64,000 nucleotides of DNA, from contig NZ_CALIBH010000093.1 of the NCBI RefSeq assembly GCF_938045775.1, forward strand, positions 1,409 through 65,408. Reading direction: 5' to 3'. A program made the position numbers and the translations under genes. Numbering within the stretch: the stretch's first letter is position 1; every line of letters starts with the position of its first letter. The stretch comes from an uncultured Campylobacter sp. Lineage in GTDB: Bacteria; Campylobacterota; Campylobacteria; Campylobacterales; Campylobacteraceae. A model generated the notes under the pieces. That model was given only the letters and a program-made list of their open reading frames with translations. It made no database searches and was not told where the DNA came from. Positions 1 through 9,511 of this stretch are shown here, one piece after another.

Positions 1-306
1 GATAACGTGGAGTTTGCCGCGCGCTACAAGGTGCTAAGCGATGAGCCGCAAAACGCGATGTACGTGCTGACGCCTGCATTTATGGAGCGATTTTTGGCGG
101 TGGGCGACGCGCTCGGGGCGCAGATCTGGGCGAGCATCAGAGAGCGGCGGATCCATATTTTCGTGCACACCGGGCGCGATAATTTCGAGCCTAGCGTCTA
201 TGAAAGCGTGCTGCGCCGCGATCCCGCAAGCGAGATAAAGAGTGAAATTCTAAGCTTTCTGAGTATCGTTAAAATTTTAAAACTGAACGTGAGGATTTGG
301 ATTTAG
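1..306 (+). CDS. DUF3137-like protein, C-terminal part (gene begins before the window)
   Basis: Frame open from base 1; F..RYKV.SD.PQ.A.YVLTPAFMER pattern resembles DUF3137 C-termini. Confidence 0.6.
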   Translation, partial: DNVEFAARYKVLSDEPQNAMYVLTPAFMERFLAVGDALGAQIWASIRERRIHIFVHTGRDNFEPSVYESVLRRDPASEIKSEILSFLSIVKILKLNVRIWI

Positions 307-394
307 ACGAGCGAGTTTGGTTAGATAAAATTTATAGATTTTTGCGGCAAACCGAGCTTCGATCGTCTAGGCTTATACTTGCAGCTTTATAGTT

Positions 395-1048
395 TTAGGC
401 GAACAGATAATTCTTTTTGATGTAGTCGATATCTATATTTTTCTGCAAAAAATACTCTTTGATATCGTTGTAAATTTTATCATTGTAGATATAGATAAGA
501 TAGTATCTTGGTAAAATATTGTGATATCCGGGGTTAGTTGTATATTCGGCGACCCCTATAAACGGCATAGCACTAAAACCCTTAAGGTTTTTATTCATCG
601 ATAGATAAAATATAAAATTTAAGAAAAACCCCCATAGGTAGATAAAAAATATTATCTCTAAAAGTTCCCATTTTAAAGCTATGAGCCCCATTATCGTAAG
701 AGATAAATTGCAGATATTCCGCGAAATTTTTGAGCTAATAAATACGTCAATCGAAAAGCTCCTTCGCAGTTCGTCGAATTCTACTTTGCAAAATCTCTTA
801 ACGACGCCGTTTTCGATAAATTCTATATATCTATCCGTAAACCTTATTTGTTGCTTGCTGCGAATTAACTTAAAGATACATATCGCAATAAGAATCCCTA
901 ACATTACCAAATTCATAACTACGCCTTTTGGCGAACATAAAGATCCGCATTCCATAAAATCCTTTATTATAGCTATCGTTAAGACTGAAAATAACAATAC
1001 CAAATACCAAGCGATCGCAAAAAATTTTTCATAGCCGTTTATGACCAA
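395..1048 (-). CDS. Hypothetical membrane protein of the 'RDYDK' family; 5' end probably frameshifted (likely ATG at 1089)
   Basis: 217-aa AT-rich ORF with several hydrophobic segments; in-frame RDYDKEP just upstream of the TTG; paralogous to 1190-1861. Confidence 0.65.
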   Translation of the reverse strand: MVINGYEKFFAIAWYLVLLFSVLTIAIIKDFMECGSLCSPKGVVMNLVMLGILIAICIFKLIRSKQQIRFTDRYIEFIENGVVKRFCKVEFDELRRSFSIDVFISSKISRNICNLSLTIMGLIALKWELLEIIFFIYLWGFFLNFIFYLSMNKNLKGFSAMPFIGVAEYTTNPGYHNILPRYYLIYIYNDKIYNDIKEYFLQKNIDIDYIKKNYLFA

Positions 1049-1189
1049 CGGCTCTTTGTCGTAGTCTCTGAGTTATTAGAAATTTCCATTACTTTACATT
1101 CTTTTTATGAAATTTTGATCTCTCGTAATGGTTTTTTCGCATAGCCTAATCTATTTTTACTTTGTGTCGCCATTACTTACTCCTTTGAT

Positions 1190-1861
1190 TTATATAAAAA
1201 TTTGCGGCCGAATTTTGTCTAAATTCTTCCCGGTCTTTAGCAAAAAATAGATTTTTAATTCTTTGTATTGCTTACTCGTTAAAATCGAGGCATCGATAAT
1301 AAAATGTTTATCAAAAATGATCAAACTGTCGCTGCCGAGTATATCTAATCCGAGCCCCAACCCGTTTATTAATCTAAAAATCAGGAGCGGAAGTATGCCC
1401 AGGCCAAACGCTATCGGCACTACGAACGGAGCGATCGCGTAGCCTTTGAAGTAAAAAACGGCGGACATCAAAACAAAATAAATTATAATGATGCTAAGTA
1501 TAAGTTTTTTTGTAGGAATTGATGATTGAAATTCGGAGGAAGGCCCGAAGGTTCGCTTAATCTCCGCTATGTTTGATAGCTCTATCTCAAATAAGATCAA
1601 ATTCTTCTTCGTAGAAAAATACTCTATCGCGGAATTCTTAAATTTAATATAGCAGGTTCCCAGCTCTTTTAGCCGTTCATTTAACTCTCCTGGACGCGGC
1701 GGCCTATATGGTGCAAAATGCAACAACACATCTAAGATGAATACAATCGGCAGATATAGCTTTATCATCTCTATCGCGTTGTCTTTGATGATTATCGGAT
1801 ATTTGTCGTAATCCCTAGTTTCGGTCTTTTTTAGCGTAGCGCTGATTTTAAATTTATCCAA
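1190..1861 (-). CDS. Hypothetical membrane protein of the 'RDYDK' family
   Basis: 223-aa ORF, RDYDKYPIIIKD near the N-terminus, hydrophobic segments, Y.ELK.YFL near the C-terminus. Confidence 0.7.
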   Translation of the reverse strand: MDKFKISATLKKTETRDYDKYPIIIKDNAIEMIKLYLPIVFILDVLLHFAPYRPPRPGELNERLKELGTCYIKFKNSAIEYFSTKKNLILFEIELSNIAEIKRTFGPSSEFQSSIPTKKLILSIIIIYFVLMSAVFYFKGYAIAPFVVPIAFGLGILPLLIFRLINGLGLGLDILGSDSLIIFDKHFIIDASILTSKQYKELKIYFLLKTGKNLDKIRPQIFI

Positions 1862-2147
1862 ATTTAGCTCTTTATAAATAGAATTTCAAAGCGTTTTATA
1901 TGTTCTCAAATAGGATGGCAGCGCGCAGCAAGTGCGGCGGATAATCCACTATCCGCCGTCGTACGGCCCGTAAAACCACGCCTCTTAAAACGTAAAACGC
2001 GGCGCCTCGCTAACTAGTAAAATTTAGCTCGCCAAAATCGCGCTGCGTCGCAGGTTTATAAAACGCAGTTCGCATAAACGCAGCGCAATGCTCGCAAAAG
2101 TAAAATTCGCGGTTTGCAAAATCAAGCCGCAGCATTCAAAAGCAAGC

Positions 2148-2570
2148 TTAAGCTTTTGGAATTCTGATCTTCTGCCCTGGATAGATGAGGTTCGCGTCCT
2201 TGATAACCTCGCGGTTGGCGTCGAAAATAATCTTGTATTTGTTCGCGTCGCCGTAGAATTTCTTCGCGATTTTAGATAGGTTATCGCCCTTTACGATGGT
2301 GTAGTAGTTTTCGGCGCTATCCTCTCTAATGCCCTCGATCTGCACGTTTTTGATGCCTGCGGTATTGCCCGCGATGAGGGCTGCTTTTTCAAGAGTTTCC
2401 TTATCGGCGTTGCCGCTGATTTTGACGGTGTCGCCCTGCACCTCGACCTCTAGCCCTTCTACCGGCGTAGAGCTGAGATTGGTGGCGATCTCGTCTTTTA
2501 CGTGCTTGGCGTCATCGCCTAGACCTAGTAGTTTCTTGCCTGCTTCGGCTACGAATGAAAGTAAACCCAT
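2148..2570 (-). CDS. BON + LysM domain protein (Kbp/YgaU-like K+-binding protein)
   Basis: MGLLSFVAEAGKKL N-terminus; LysM YTIVKGDNLSKIAKKFYG...IYPGQKIRIP; AAGGAG RBS. Confidence 0.9.
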   Translation of the reverse strand: MGLLSFVAEAGKKLLGLGDDAKHVKDEIATNLSSTPVEGLEVEVQGDTVKISGNADKETLEKAALIAGNTAGIKNVQIEGIREDSAENYYTIVKGDNLSKIAKKFYGDANKYKIIFDANREVIKDANLIYPGQKIRIPKA

Positions 2571-2769
2571 TGTTTTCTCCTTTGGTTAAAGTGGCAAAAT
2601 TTTATCTTAAATTTACCAACGATCAGCTTAGATGCATATCCTTACGGCTCCGCCCTAGCCCAATGATGCGACCTACTGCGCTCAGTCTATGCGCGACAGC
2701 AGGTCCTTGGACCATCATCGCCGCGCCCATCGATTCATGTTTGCAGCGTATGAATTATCAGCGCTGCGA

Positions 2770-3972
2770 CTACGCTAAATTTTTCGTCAGTAAATTTCTA
2801 GCGATCACGGCGCATACGATGCTAAAAACGACGACCGAATATGAGTTGAGATTTAGCCCGCAAAATCCCGCGCTTAGGGCAAAGGCGCAAAGCGGCGCGT
2901 TTAGGTTGATCGCTAAAAAGGCAGCCCCTCCGCAAACCCCCGCTGCGCTTAGGCTGATAGGTAGAATTTCGCCGATCGCAAATCCAACGCATAGCCCCAA
3001 AACTGCGCCCAGCGCGAAACTCGGCGTGAGCGTGCCGCCATATCCGCCGCAGCGAAAGATCATCAAAATGCAAAATGCCTTGCAAAGCAAGATCGCAAGC
3101 AAATACGGGCTGAAGGATGCGGAGTTGAAAGCAAACTGCGCTGCAGAGCGTCCATTGCCTAAAATTTCAGGCACGTATGCGCCGACCGCCGCGGTAAGTA
3201 AAAACGCAAGCGGCAGTGTAAGTGCGATTTTAAGGCTTTTTATGCGCAGCTTTTCGCACAAGCGCACTCCGTCTTGAAAGTATTTTGCTGCGACTCCCGT
3301 GACAAGCCCGATTAGAGCCGCTGCGAGTAAATTCTGCGGGGTAGGGGCGAAGTTCGAAACTGCGTAATAAATTTCTTTTGAAGCTCCGAATTCCGCTGTA
3401 GCTGTGGCCACCGCACTTGTAGCAAAGGCGCACAAAATCGCTCGAGTATCAAAGCTTTTGAGTAAAATTTCTAGGCTAAAAAGCGCGCCCGCTAGCGGGA
3501 CGTTATATGCAGCGCCCAGTCCCGCTCCCGCGCCGCATGCGACAAATAGCCGAAGCTCATCTCCGTCGATATTTAAGGCGCGGCAGATTTTAGCCGCAAA
3601 CAAGCCGCCCAGCTCGCGCGGAGCAGCCTCACTGCCTACCGGTGCGCCCATGGCGATGGCTGCAAGCTGCAAAACCGAGTGGATTAAATTTTGCCAAAAC
3701 GGCGGATTTCGCCCATCCATCATCGAGGCTACGTTTAAAAAGGGTTTTAGCCTTATTAGCAGAATTCTAATTATAGTTACGATTGCGCCGGCTGCGAGGA
3801 CGCTAAGAAAGCGCCTAAGCGCAGTGGTTTGCTCCGTGATAATGTGAAATTCCTCATCATTATGCCCGAAAGCAAAAGTTTCAATTTCGTTGATGCCGAA
3901 GTTTAAGAGCCCCGCGCAAAGCCCCATTATAACGCCTATCGCAAGGATCGCTAGAAAGAATTTAGTACTCAA
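2770..3972 (-). CDS. CLC-family chloride channel/transporter
   Basis: Polytopic; GAPVGSEAAPRE, GAGAGLGAAYNVPLAGALFSLE and GGTLTPS motifs. Confidence 0.85.
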   Translation of the reverse strand: MSTKFFLAILAIGVIMGLCAGLLNFGINEIETFAFGHNDEEFHIITEQTTALRRFLSVLAAGAIVTIIRILLIRLKPFLNVASMMDGRNPPFWQNLIHSVLQLAAIAMGAPVGSEAAPRELGGLFAAKICRALNIDGDELRLFVACGAGAGLGAAYNVPLAGALFSLEILLKSFDTRAILCAFATSAVATATAEFGASKEIYYAVSNFAPTPQNLLAAALIGLVTGVAAKYFQDGVRLCEKLRIKSLKIALTLPLAFLLTAAVGAYVPEILGNGRSAAQFAFNSASFSPYLLAILLCKAFCILMIFRCGGYGGTLTPSFALGAVLGLCVGFAIGEILPISLSAAGVCGGAAFLAINLNAPLCAFALSAGFCGLNLNSYSVVVFSIVCAVIARNLLTKNLA

Positions 3973-4360
3973 AATATGCCTTTTTGAAACGCATAATTAT
4001 ATAAAATTTTAGCTTTAAAAAATCCTTACCGTGCATATAAAAGTAGCTAAAACGCGAGTAAATTTTAAAATAATGGCTAGGAATTTATATCATCTCTGTG
4101 AGTAAAATTTTACAAAATTCTATGAAGCGTAGGCAGAGGCGGAATTTTATTTACGCTAATCGCGCGAGTAAAATTTACGTAGATTTTATATCGCGCGTAG
4201 AAAATTTAGTAGAATTTCGCATCGCGCGGGAGGATAAAATCCTATTTTAAATTTCTTGCCTCGAAGACAGGCGAAATTCTACGTAAAATTTAAATCTATC
4301 CGAATCTATCCGAGCGGGTAAAATTTTCAATTGAGTAAGCGAGAAAATTTTGCAGAGGAC

Positions 4361-4508
4361 ACGTGAGATTTCGCACAGAATTCTAGTTTGCGAAAGAGGG
4401 CAAAATTCCGCGTAGAATTCCGATCTGCGTAAGCAGGCGAAATCTCGCGTGAAATTCCAAGCTGCGTGGTTAGGCAAAATTTCGCGCGGAATTTTAATTT
4501 TGTGTGAG
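4361..4508. repeat. Degenerate 37-bp tandem repeat, 4 units
   Basis: Units start at 4361, 4398, 4435 and 4472; consensus about RGGCRAAATTYCGCGTRGAATTYYRRTYTGCG. Confidence 0.7.
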
Positions 4509-4555
4509 TCATAGAATTTTGCGCCCCCTCGCGAACAAATTCGCTTAGGATTTTG

Positions 4556-5098
4556 CTATTTTTTCCAAATATCGTCTTTTTTGCTGGCTGAGGGCGCGCT
4601 TAGCTTTTTATCCAGAGCCGAAATTTTATCCGCGAGCTTTTGCGCGCCGTCAAAAATTTCATCTTTTTTCGGAAGCCCGAAGTGAAATTTCGAACCTACG
4701 CTATCTCCGATGCTTGCAAGTAGCGATTTGGGCGCGTTTGCGATCGCGTCTTTAAAGATCGCCGCGTCGATGCCGAGCTCGGCTAAGTTTTTTAACGCCC
4801 GCGCAGAGCCGATAAACATCGCGATCTTGGCGTCGAAAAGATAATCGTTTGCTAGCTTTTGTGCGGCCGCGGCGGATTTTTTATCCACGATGATGAAGCG
4901 CGCGCCTGCGCCATTTGCGAGTAAAATTTCATTTATATCGTTCGTAATAACGCTAAATTTTTTCTGCGCCTTTTGCGCCGCGGCGATGAGTTTGTCGTTA
5001 AATTTAAAGAGCAGATTGTCGTATTTGAAAACTTCGTCGCCGTTTTTGATGAGATACAGCGGCTCGTATGGCACGAGCGCGTGGCCTAGGATGATCAT
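4556..5098 (-). CDS. Conserved hypothetical protein
   Basis: ATG at 5098 (MIILGH) overlaps the upstream stop as ATGA; last gene of the ribA-rsmG run. Confidence 0.75.
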   Translation of the reverse strand: MIILGHALVPYEPLYLIKNGDEVFKYDNLLFKFNDKLIAAAQKAQKKFSVITNDINEILLANGAGARFIIVDKKSAAAAQKLANDYLFDAKIAMFIGSARALKNLAELGIDAAIFKDAIANAPKSLLASIGDSVGSKFHFGLPKKDEIFDGAQKLADKISALDKKLSAPSASKKDDIWKK

Positions 5099-5301
5099 TT
5101 GCCGCCCCTTAGTTTGGCTTCGCAGGATTTGCAAAGGCGCTTTTTATCGCGCAGGGCAAGCTCGTCGTTGCTAAAGTACGTCCCGCACTCGTCGCACGCC
5201 AAAAGCTCGGTCGCATCGTCCTTTTTCTTTATGCGAAATCTAGGCACTATCAAAAAATATATGAGCGCCGCGATAACGGCGACGGCTAGAATTTTTCCCA
5301 T
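5095..5301 (-). CDS. PP0621-family small membrane protein with Cys motifs
   Basis: N-terminal TM helix, CDECGTY motif, further Cys pair at the C-terminus. Confidence 0.75.
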   Translation of the reverse strand: MGKILAVAVIAALIYFLIVPRFRIKKKDDATELLACDECGTYFSNDELALRDKKRLCKSCEAKLRGGK

Positions 5302-5879
5302 TATTTTACCCCTTTGATCACTAAAAAATTTCTATTTTTCAAAGCGTTTTCGCCGCTAAAAATTTCGCAGCGTGCGCTCGTAAATTCCTTGCGGAATTCC
5401 TCCGCTTCCGCCTCTGCGCCCGAGCCTTTGTAGAGCAAAAACGTCGTGTTTTCGTCGTAAAAGCCGCGGCAAATTTCAATTAAGCTTCGCGCACTCATCA
5501 GCGCTCGCGAGCTTATCAGATCGGTGCGCAGCTTTGCGCCGTCTTGCACGCGCTCAGCGTGGATTTTTACGTTAGCTAGAGCAAGGCTAACCTTTGCATA
5601 GGTTAGAAACGCCGCTTTTTTCTGGTTGGGCTCAAACAGATGCCACTCGCACAGCGGCAGCGCGAGCGCCAAAAATAGCCCTGGAAAGCCCGCTCCCGAG
5701 CCGATGTCGCACGCGATGCGCGGATAGCGCGGTATGAAATTCGCTCCGCTTAGACTGTCGCGTACCACCGCGTCCAAATCGTCGTAATTCGTGAGGCTAT
5801 GGACGCGGTTAAATTTTTGCAGACAGGCTTTAAATTTAGCCACCTGCTCGTTAAAGCTCTCGCCGGGCGCAAGCTTCAC
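5301..5879 (-). CDS. rsmG: 16S rRNA m7G527 methyltransferase
   Basis: FNRVHSLT, DIGSGAGFPG, KKAAFL, SRA, LYKG motifs. Confidence 0.95.
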   Translation of the reverse strand: MKLAPGESFNEQVAKFKACLQKFNRVHSLTNYDDLDAVVRDSLSGANFIPRYPRIACDIGSGAGFPGLFLALALPLCEWHLFEPNQKKAAFLTYAKVSLALANVKIHAERVQDGAKLRTDLISSRALMSARSLIEICRGFYDENTTFLLYKGSGAEAEAEEFRKEFTSARCEIFSGENALKNRNFLVIKGVK

Positions 5880-6436
5880 AGCAGATGCCCCATCTGCTCT
5901 TTTTTGACGCGCAGATAGTTTTCGTTAAATTTATTAGGCGTGATGATTATCGGCACGCGCGCGACCACTTCGACTTTTAGATCGTGCAGCTTTTGCGGGT
6001 TGTTCGTAAGCAGATTTATGCGCGAAATTCCAAAATGAGCGAGTATGAAATCCACGATCTCGTAGGTGCGCTCGTCTGCCTTGAAGCCGAGCTGATGGTT
6101 TGCTTCGATCGTATCGAGGCCCCGGTCTTGCAGCGCGTAGGCGTTGATTTTATTAAAAAGTCCGATATTGCGCCCCTCTTGACGCAGATAGATCACCATG
6201 CCGCCATGCTCTTCGATATATTTTAGGCTCGCTTCGAGCTGTTCGCCGCAGTCGCACTTTAGGCTGCCGATCGCATCGCCGGTAAGGCACTCCGAGTGGA
6301 TCCGCACGTTTACGACGCCCTCCAAAGGTTGCTTAAATATCACTAGATGCTCTTTCTCGCCTTGCTTAAACGACTGAACGCGGAAGCTTCCGAAGCGGGA
6401 GGGGAGATTTGCGACCTCTGAAATTTTTATATCCAT
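5876..6436 (-). CDS. ribA: GTP cyclohydrolase II
   Basis: VRIHSECLTGD, CDCGEQL, YLRQEGRNIGL, LLTNNP. Confidence 0.97.
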   Translation of the reverse strand: MDIKISEVANLPSRFGSFRVQSFKQGEKEHLVIFKQPLEGVVNVRIHSECLTGDAIGSLKCDCGEQLEASLKYIEEHGGMVIYLRQEGRNIGLFNKINAYALQDRGLDTIEANHQLGFKADERTYEIVDFILAHFGISRINLLTNNPQKLHDLKVEVVARVPIIITPNKFNENYLRVKKEQMGHLL

Positions 6437-6499
6437 GCTTAAATTTACTCCGATTGTGATATTATAAATCTTACAATTCTAGCTAAAAAAGGAAAAATA

Positions 6500-7474
6500 A
6501 TGTTTAAACGATTTAGGAGACTACGAATAAACCCCGCACTTAGGGATCTGGTGCGACAAACAGATCTGCAAACCCGCTTTCTAATCTATCCGCTTTTTGT
6601 GGTGGAAGGAAGCGGCATCAAAAAGGAGATCGCCTCGATGCCGGGCGTATTTCAGATGAGCTTGGATGAAATTTTAAAAGAGTGTGAAATTCTCACATCG
6701 CTTGGTTTGGATAAAATTTTACTTTTTGGAATTCCTTCGCTAAAGGACAGCATCGGCTCGGACGCGCTAAGCGAGGACGGCATCATCGCGACTTCGCTGC
6801 GCGCGATAAAGGCTAAATTTCCAAATTTATTAGTAATCACCGATCTGTGCTTTTGCGAATACACCGACCACGGGCATTGCGGCATCATCGATCACGTTCA
6901 TCAGACGGTGGATAACGACGCGACGCTTGAAATTTCGGCGCAGCAGGCGCTCATCCACGCCAAAGCGGGCGCGGATATGATCGCTCCAAGCGGCATGATG
7001 GACGGCATTATCGCTACCTTGCGAGAGGCGCTCGATCACGGCGGATTTGAAAATTTACCGATTATGGCGTATTCGAGCAAGTTTGCCAGCGGCTACTACG
7101 GGCCGTTTCGCGACGTGGCGGAGAGCGCGCCGAGTTTCGGCGATCGCAGCAGCTACCAGATGGATCCCGCAAATAGATTTGAGGCGATCAACGAAAGTCT
7201 GCAGGACGAGGCGCAGGGAGCGGATATCTTGATGATAAAGCCCGCGCTTGCGTATCTGGATCTAATCAGAGACCTGCGAGAGCGCACGTTGCTGCCGATT
7301 TGCGCGTATAACGTAAGCGGCGAATATGCGCTTTTGCAGGCGGGCAAGAAGGCGGGCGTGATCGATTATGAACGCGTGATGATGGAGACGATGATAGGCA
7401 TAAGGCGCGCGGGTGCTGATATGATCATCACCTATCACGCCAAAGAGATCGCGGAAATTTTAAACAGGGGCTAG
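6500..7474 (+). CDS. hemB: Porphobilinogen synthase
   Basis: [38 protein letters not shown]. Confidence 0.98.
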   Translation: MFKRFRRLRINPALRDLVRQTDLQTRFLIYPLFVVEGSGIKKEIASMPGVFQMSLDEILKECEILTSLGLDKILLFGIPSLKDSIGSDALSEDGIIATSLRAIKAKFPNLLVITDLCFCEYTDHGHCGIIDHVHQTVDNDATLEISAQQALIHAKAGADMIAPSGMMDGIIATLREALDHGGFENLPIMAYSSKFASGYYGPFRDVAESAPSFGDRSSYQMDPANRFEAINESLQDEAQGADILMIKPALAYLDLIRDLRERTLLPICAYNVSGEYALLQAGKKAGVIDYERVMMETMIGIRRAGADMIITYHAKEIAEILNRG

Positions 7475-7476
7475 CG

Positions 7477-7692
7477 ATGAATAAGATAGCACTAGAGATT
7501 AAAAGTAACGAAATGGAAGCCGTCTTGGATGCGGTGATGAAGCTGGCAAAAAAGATGAAATTTGAAGCTAAAATTTTACCCGTAAACGGGGATGAGTGCA
7601 TAGAGAATTTCGACGAGCTTTCGAGCGCCGTTATTGCGAAACTGGATAAGCCGAGCAATAGGGCCGTTTTTGAGCGATTAAAGGATAAATGA
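7477..7692 (+). CDS. Putative antitoxin of the adjacent Doc/Fic toxin
   Basis: 71-aa ORF directly upstream of the toxin; C-terminal helix NRAVFERLKDK. Confidence 0.6.
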   Translation: MNKIALEIKSNEMEAVLDAVMKLAKKMKFEAKILPVNGDECIENFDELSSAVIAKLDKPSNRAVFERLKDK

Positions 7693-7701
7693 AAAAGACA
7701 A

Positions 7702-8094
7702 ATGAAATATTTAACGCTGCATCAGGCTATTCTCATCCACGATAAAATGCTAGAAAAAATAGGCGGAAGCAAAGGTTATAATAAAACTTCGCTTGGCTAT
7801 TTATCTTCCGCGTTGCAGAATATAAAAAACGATCTGTATTATCCTACTATGTCGGATAAACTCGTGCATTTGACGCATTCGTGCATAAAATTTCATCCTT
7901 TCATCGACGGCAATAAAAGGACGGCGATTTTGCTAGCCGATATGTTTTTATCGGTGAATTCTATAGTTTTGGACGACGAGGAATTTTATGCGGCGATGGA
8001 AGACGTAGTCGTAAAGGTGGCTGCGGGCGATATGACGAAAGGCGATTTAAAAGAATTTTTTAGTAAATTTATAAAAGATAAAGGAGCGATATGA
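7702..8094 (+). CDS. Doc (death-on-curing)/Fic-family toxin
   Basis: [11 protein letters not shown] matches the Doc-type motif HxFx(D/N)(A/G)NKR; 130 aa. Confidence 0.9.
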   Translation: MKYLTLHQAILIHDKMLEKIGGSKGYNKTSLGYLSSALQNIKNDLYYPTMSDKLVHLTHSCIKFHPFIDGNKRTAILLADMFLSVNSIVLDDEEFYAAMEDVVVKVAAGDMTKGDLKEFFSKFIKDKGAI

Positions 8095-9014
8095 GGCACT
8101 TTCTTACGTTAAACAATTTTAGCAAAGACGAGATAATCGAGATTTTAAATTTAGCGTTTGAGATAAAGAAAGAAGCCAAAGCGCGAAATTTTAAGCCATA
8201 TTTGAAAGATCAAAAATTAGCGATGATATTTGAAAAAAGCTCGACTAGGACGCGCGTGAGCTTCGATGTGGGGATGAACGAGCTAGGCGGACACGCGCTA
8301 TTTTTGAGCAGTCGCGACATCCAGCTCGGGCGCGGCGAGCCTATCAAAGACACTGCACGCGTGATTTCGCGAATGTGCGATCTGATCATGGCGCGCGTAA
8401 ATCGCCACGAGACGCTCATAGAGCTTGCGGAATTTAGCCGCGTGCCGGTGATAAACGGGCTAAGCGATAAATTTCATCCTGTGCAGCTAATGGCGGATCT
8501 GATGACGATCGTGGAGTGCGGTATTGAAATTCCAAAAATAAAAGCCGCGTACGTGGGCGACGGCAACAACATGGCTCACTCGTGGCTGATGCTTGCCAGC
8601 AAGCTTGGCTTTGAGCTGCGAGTAGCGACGCCCGTGGGCTACGAGGCTGATCCGCAGATACTGGCGCAGGCGCAAGAAAATGCTAAAATTTCAGGGGCTA
8701 AAATTTTAATAACGAACGATATAAAAGAGGCGGTAGCGGGCGCAAACGTCGTGACGACCGATACTTGGGTCTCGATGGGGCAAGAAGCTGAAAAGGAGCA
8801 AAGAATTCGCGATTTTGCGGGCTTTTGCATGGACGAAAGCTTAATGACTCTGGCTGAAAAAAACGCGATCTTTTTGCACTGCCTGCCGGCGTACCGCGGA
8901 TATGAGGTGAGCGAGGCCGTGTTTGAAGCGCACGCGGATGAAATTTTTGCAGAGGCGGAAAATCGCCTGCACGCGCAAAAGGGCGTCATGGTCTGGCTGG
9001 ATCAAAAAAGATAA
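8091..9014 (+). CDS. argF: Ornithine carbamoyltransferase
   Basis: [35 protein letters not shown]. Confidence 0.97.
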   Translation: MRHFLTLNNFSKDEIIEILNLAFEIKKEAKARNFKPYLKDQKLAMIFEKSSTRTRVSFDVGMNELGGHALFLSSRDIQLGRGEPIKDTARVISRMCDLIMARVNRHETLIELAEFSRVPVINGLSDKFHPVQLMADLMTIVECGIEIPKIKAAYVGDGNNMAHSWLMLASKLGFELRVATPVGYEADPQILAQAQENAKISGAKILITNDIKEAVAGANVVTTDTWVSMGQEAEKEQRIRDFAGFCMDESLMTLAEKNAIFLHCLPAYRGYEVSEAVFEAHADEIFAEAENRLHAQKGVMVWLDQKR

Positions 9015-9028
9015 ATTTAGGAGAACGC

Positions 9029-9511
9029 ATGGAAGAAAAAGATAAGGCGCTAAAAAAGATCGACAAAGCGAGCGAATTTTTTGGGCTGGATAGCTCGAAA
9101 AGGACGGTTTTTGAAATTTCGCAGGGCGAGGACAACGAGAAAAAACTCACGCTAAAAAGCGGCTCGTGGAGCGACGAGGAGCCGTGGTTCGGCATCGACG
9201 AAAATAACGAAGTGCACACGATGATCTCGATAAAATCGCTTGCGAATCTTATCGCCGCGACCAAAAACGCGATGCAGGAAAATTTTAATCTCAAGCTTGA
9301 GCGCTCGATCTTGCAGCATACGCCAGTGGATTTCGGCGACGCGTGGATCGTGTGTATGGACGAGATCAGAAGGCTTACGGGCGCAGATCCGAGTGCGAAA
9401 AGATTAAGCTTAGACGTCGATGCCGTCGTCTCGCGCGTAAAAAGCCTGCATCCAAACCTTTTCATCGACATCGAAGAGCTTATCAAAACCAAGGCGGGCG
9501 GCCGTGAATAG
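9029..9511 (+). CDS. DUF2603-family conserved protein
   Basis: LKLERSILQHTPVDFGDAW...HPNLF; position between argF and hemN as in other Campylobacter. Confidence 0.8.
   Translation: MEEKDKALKKIDKASEFFGLDSSKRTVFEISQGEDNEKKLTLKSGSWSDEEPWFGIDENNEVHTMISIKSLANLIAATKNAMQENFNLKLERSILQHTPVDFGDAWIVCMDEIRRLTGADPSAKRLSLDVDAVVSRVKSLHPNLFIDIEELIKTKAGGRE

Noticed and set aside
2555..3847. Long plus-strand ORFs (240 aa and 147 aa)
   Set aside because: Antisense shadows of the CLC gene; the same applies to the many short ORFs opposite rpoBC, fusA, mutS2 and the ABC-F gene
4247..4512. Two short minus-strand ORFs
   Set aside because: They read through the 37-bp repeat array, with no RBS or protein-like features
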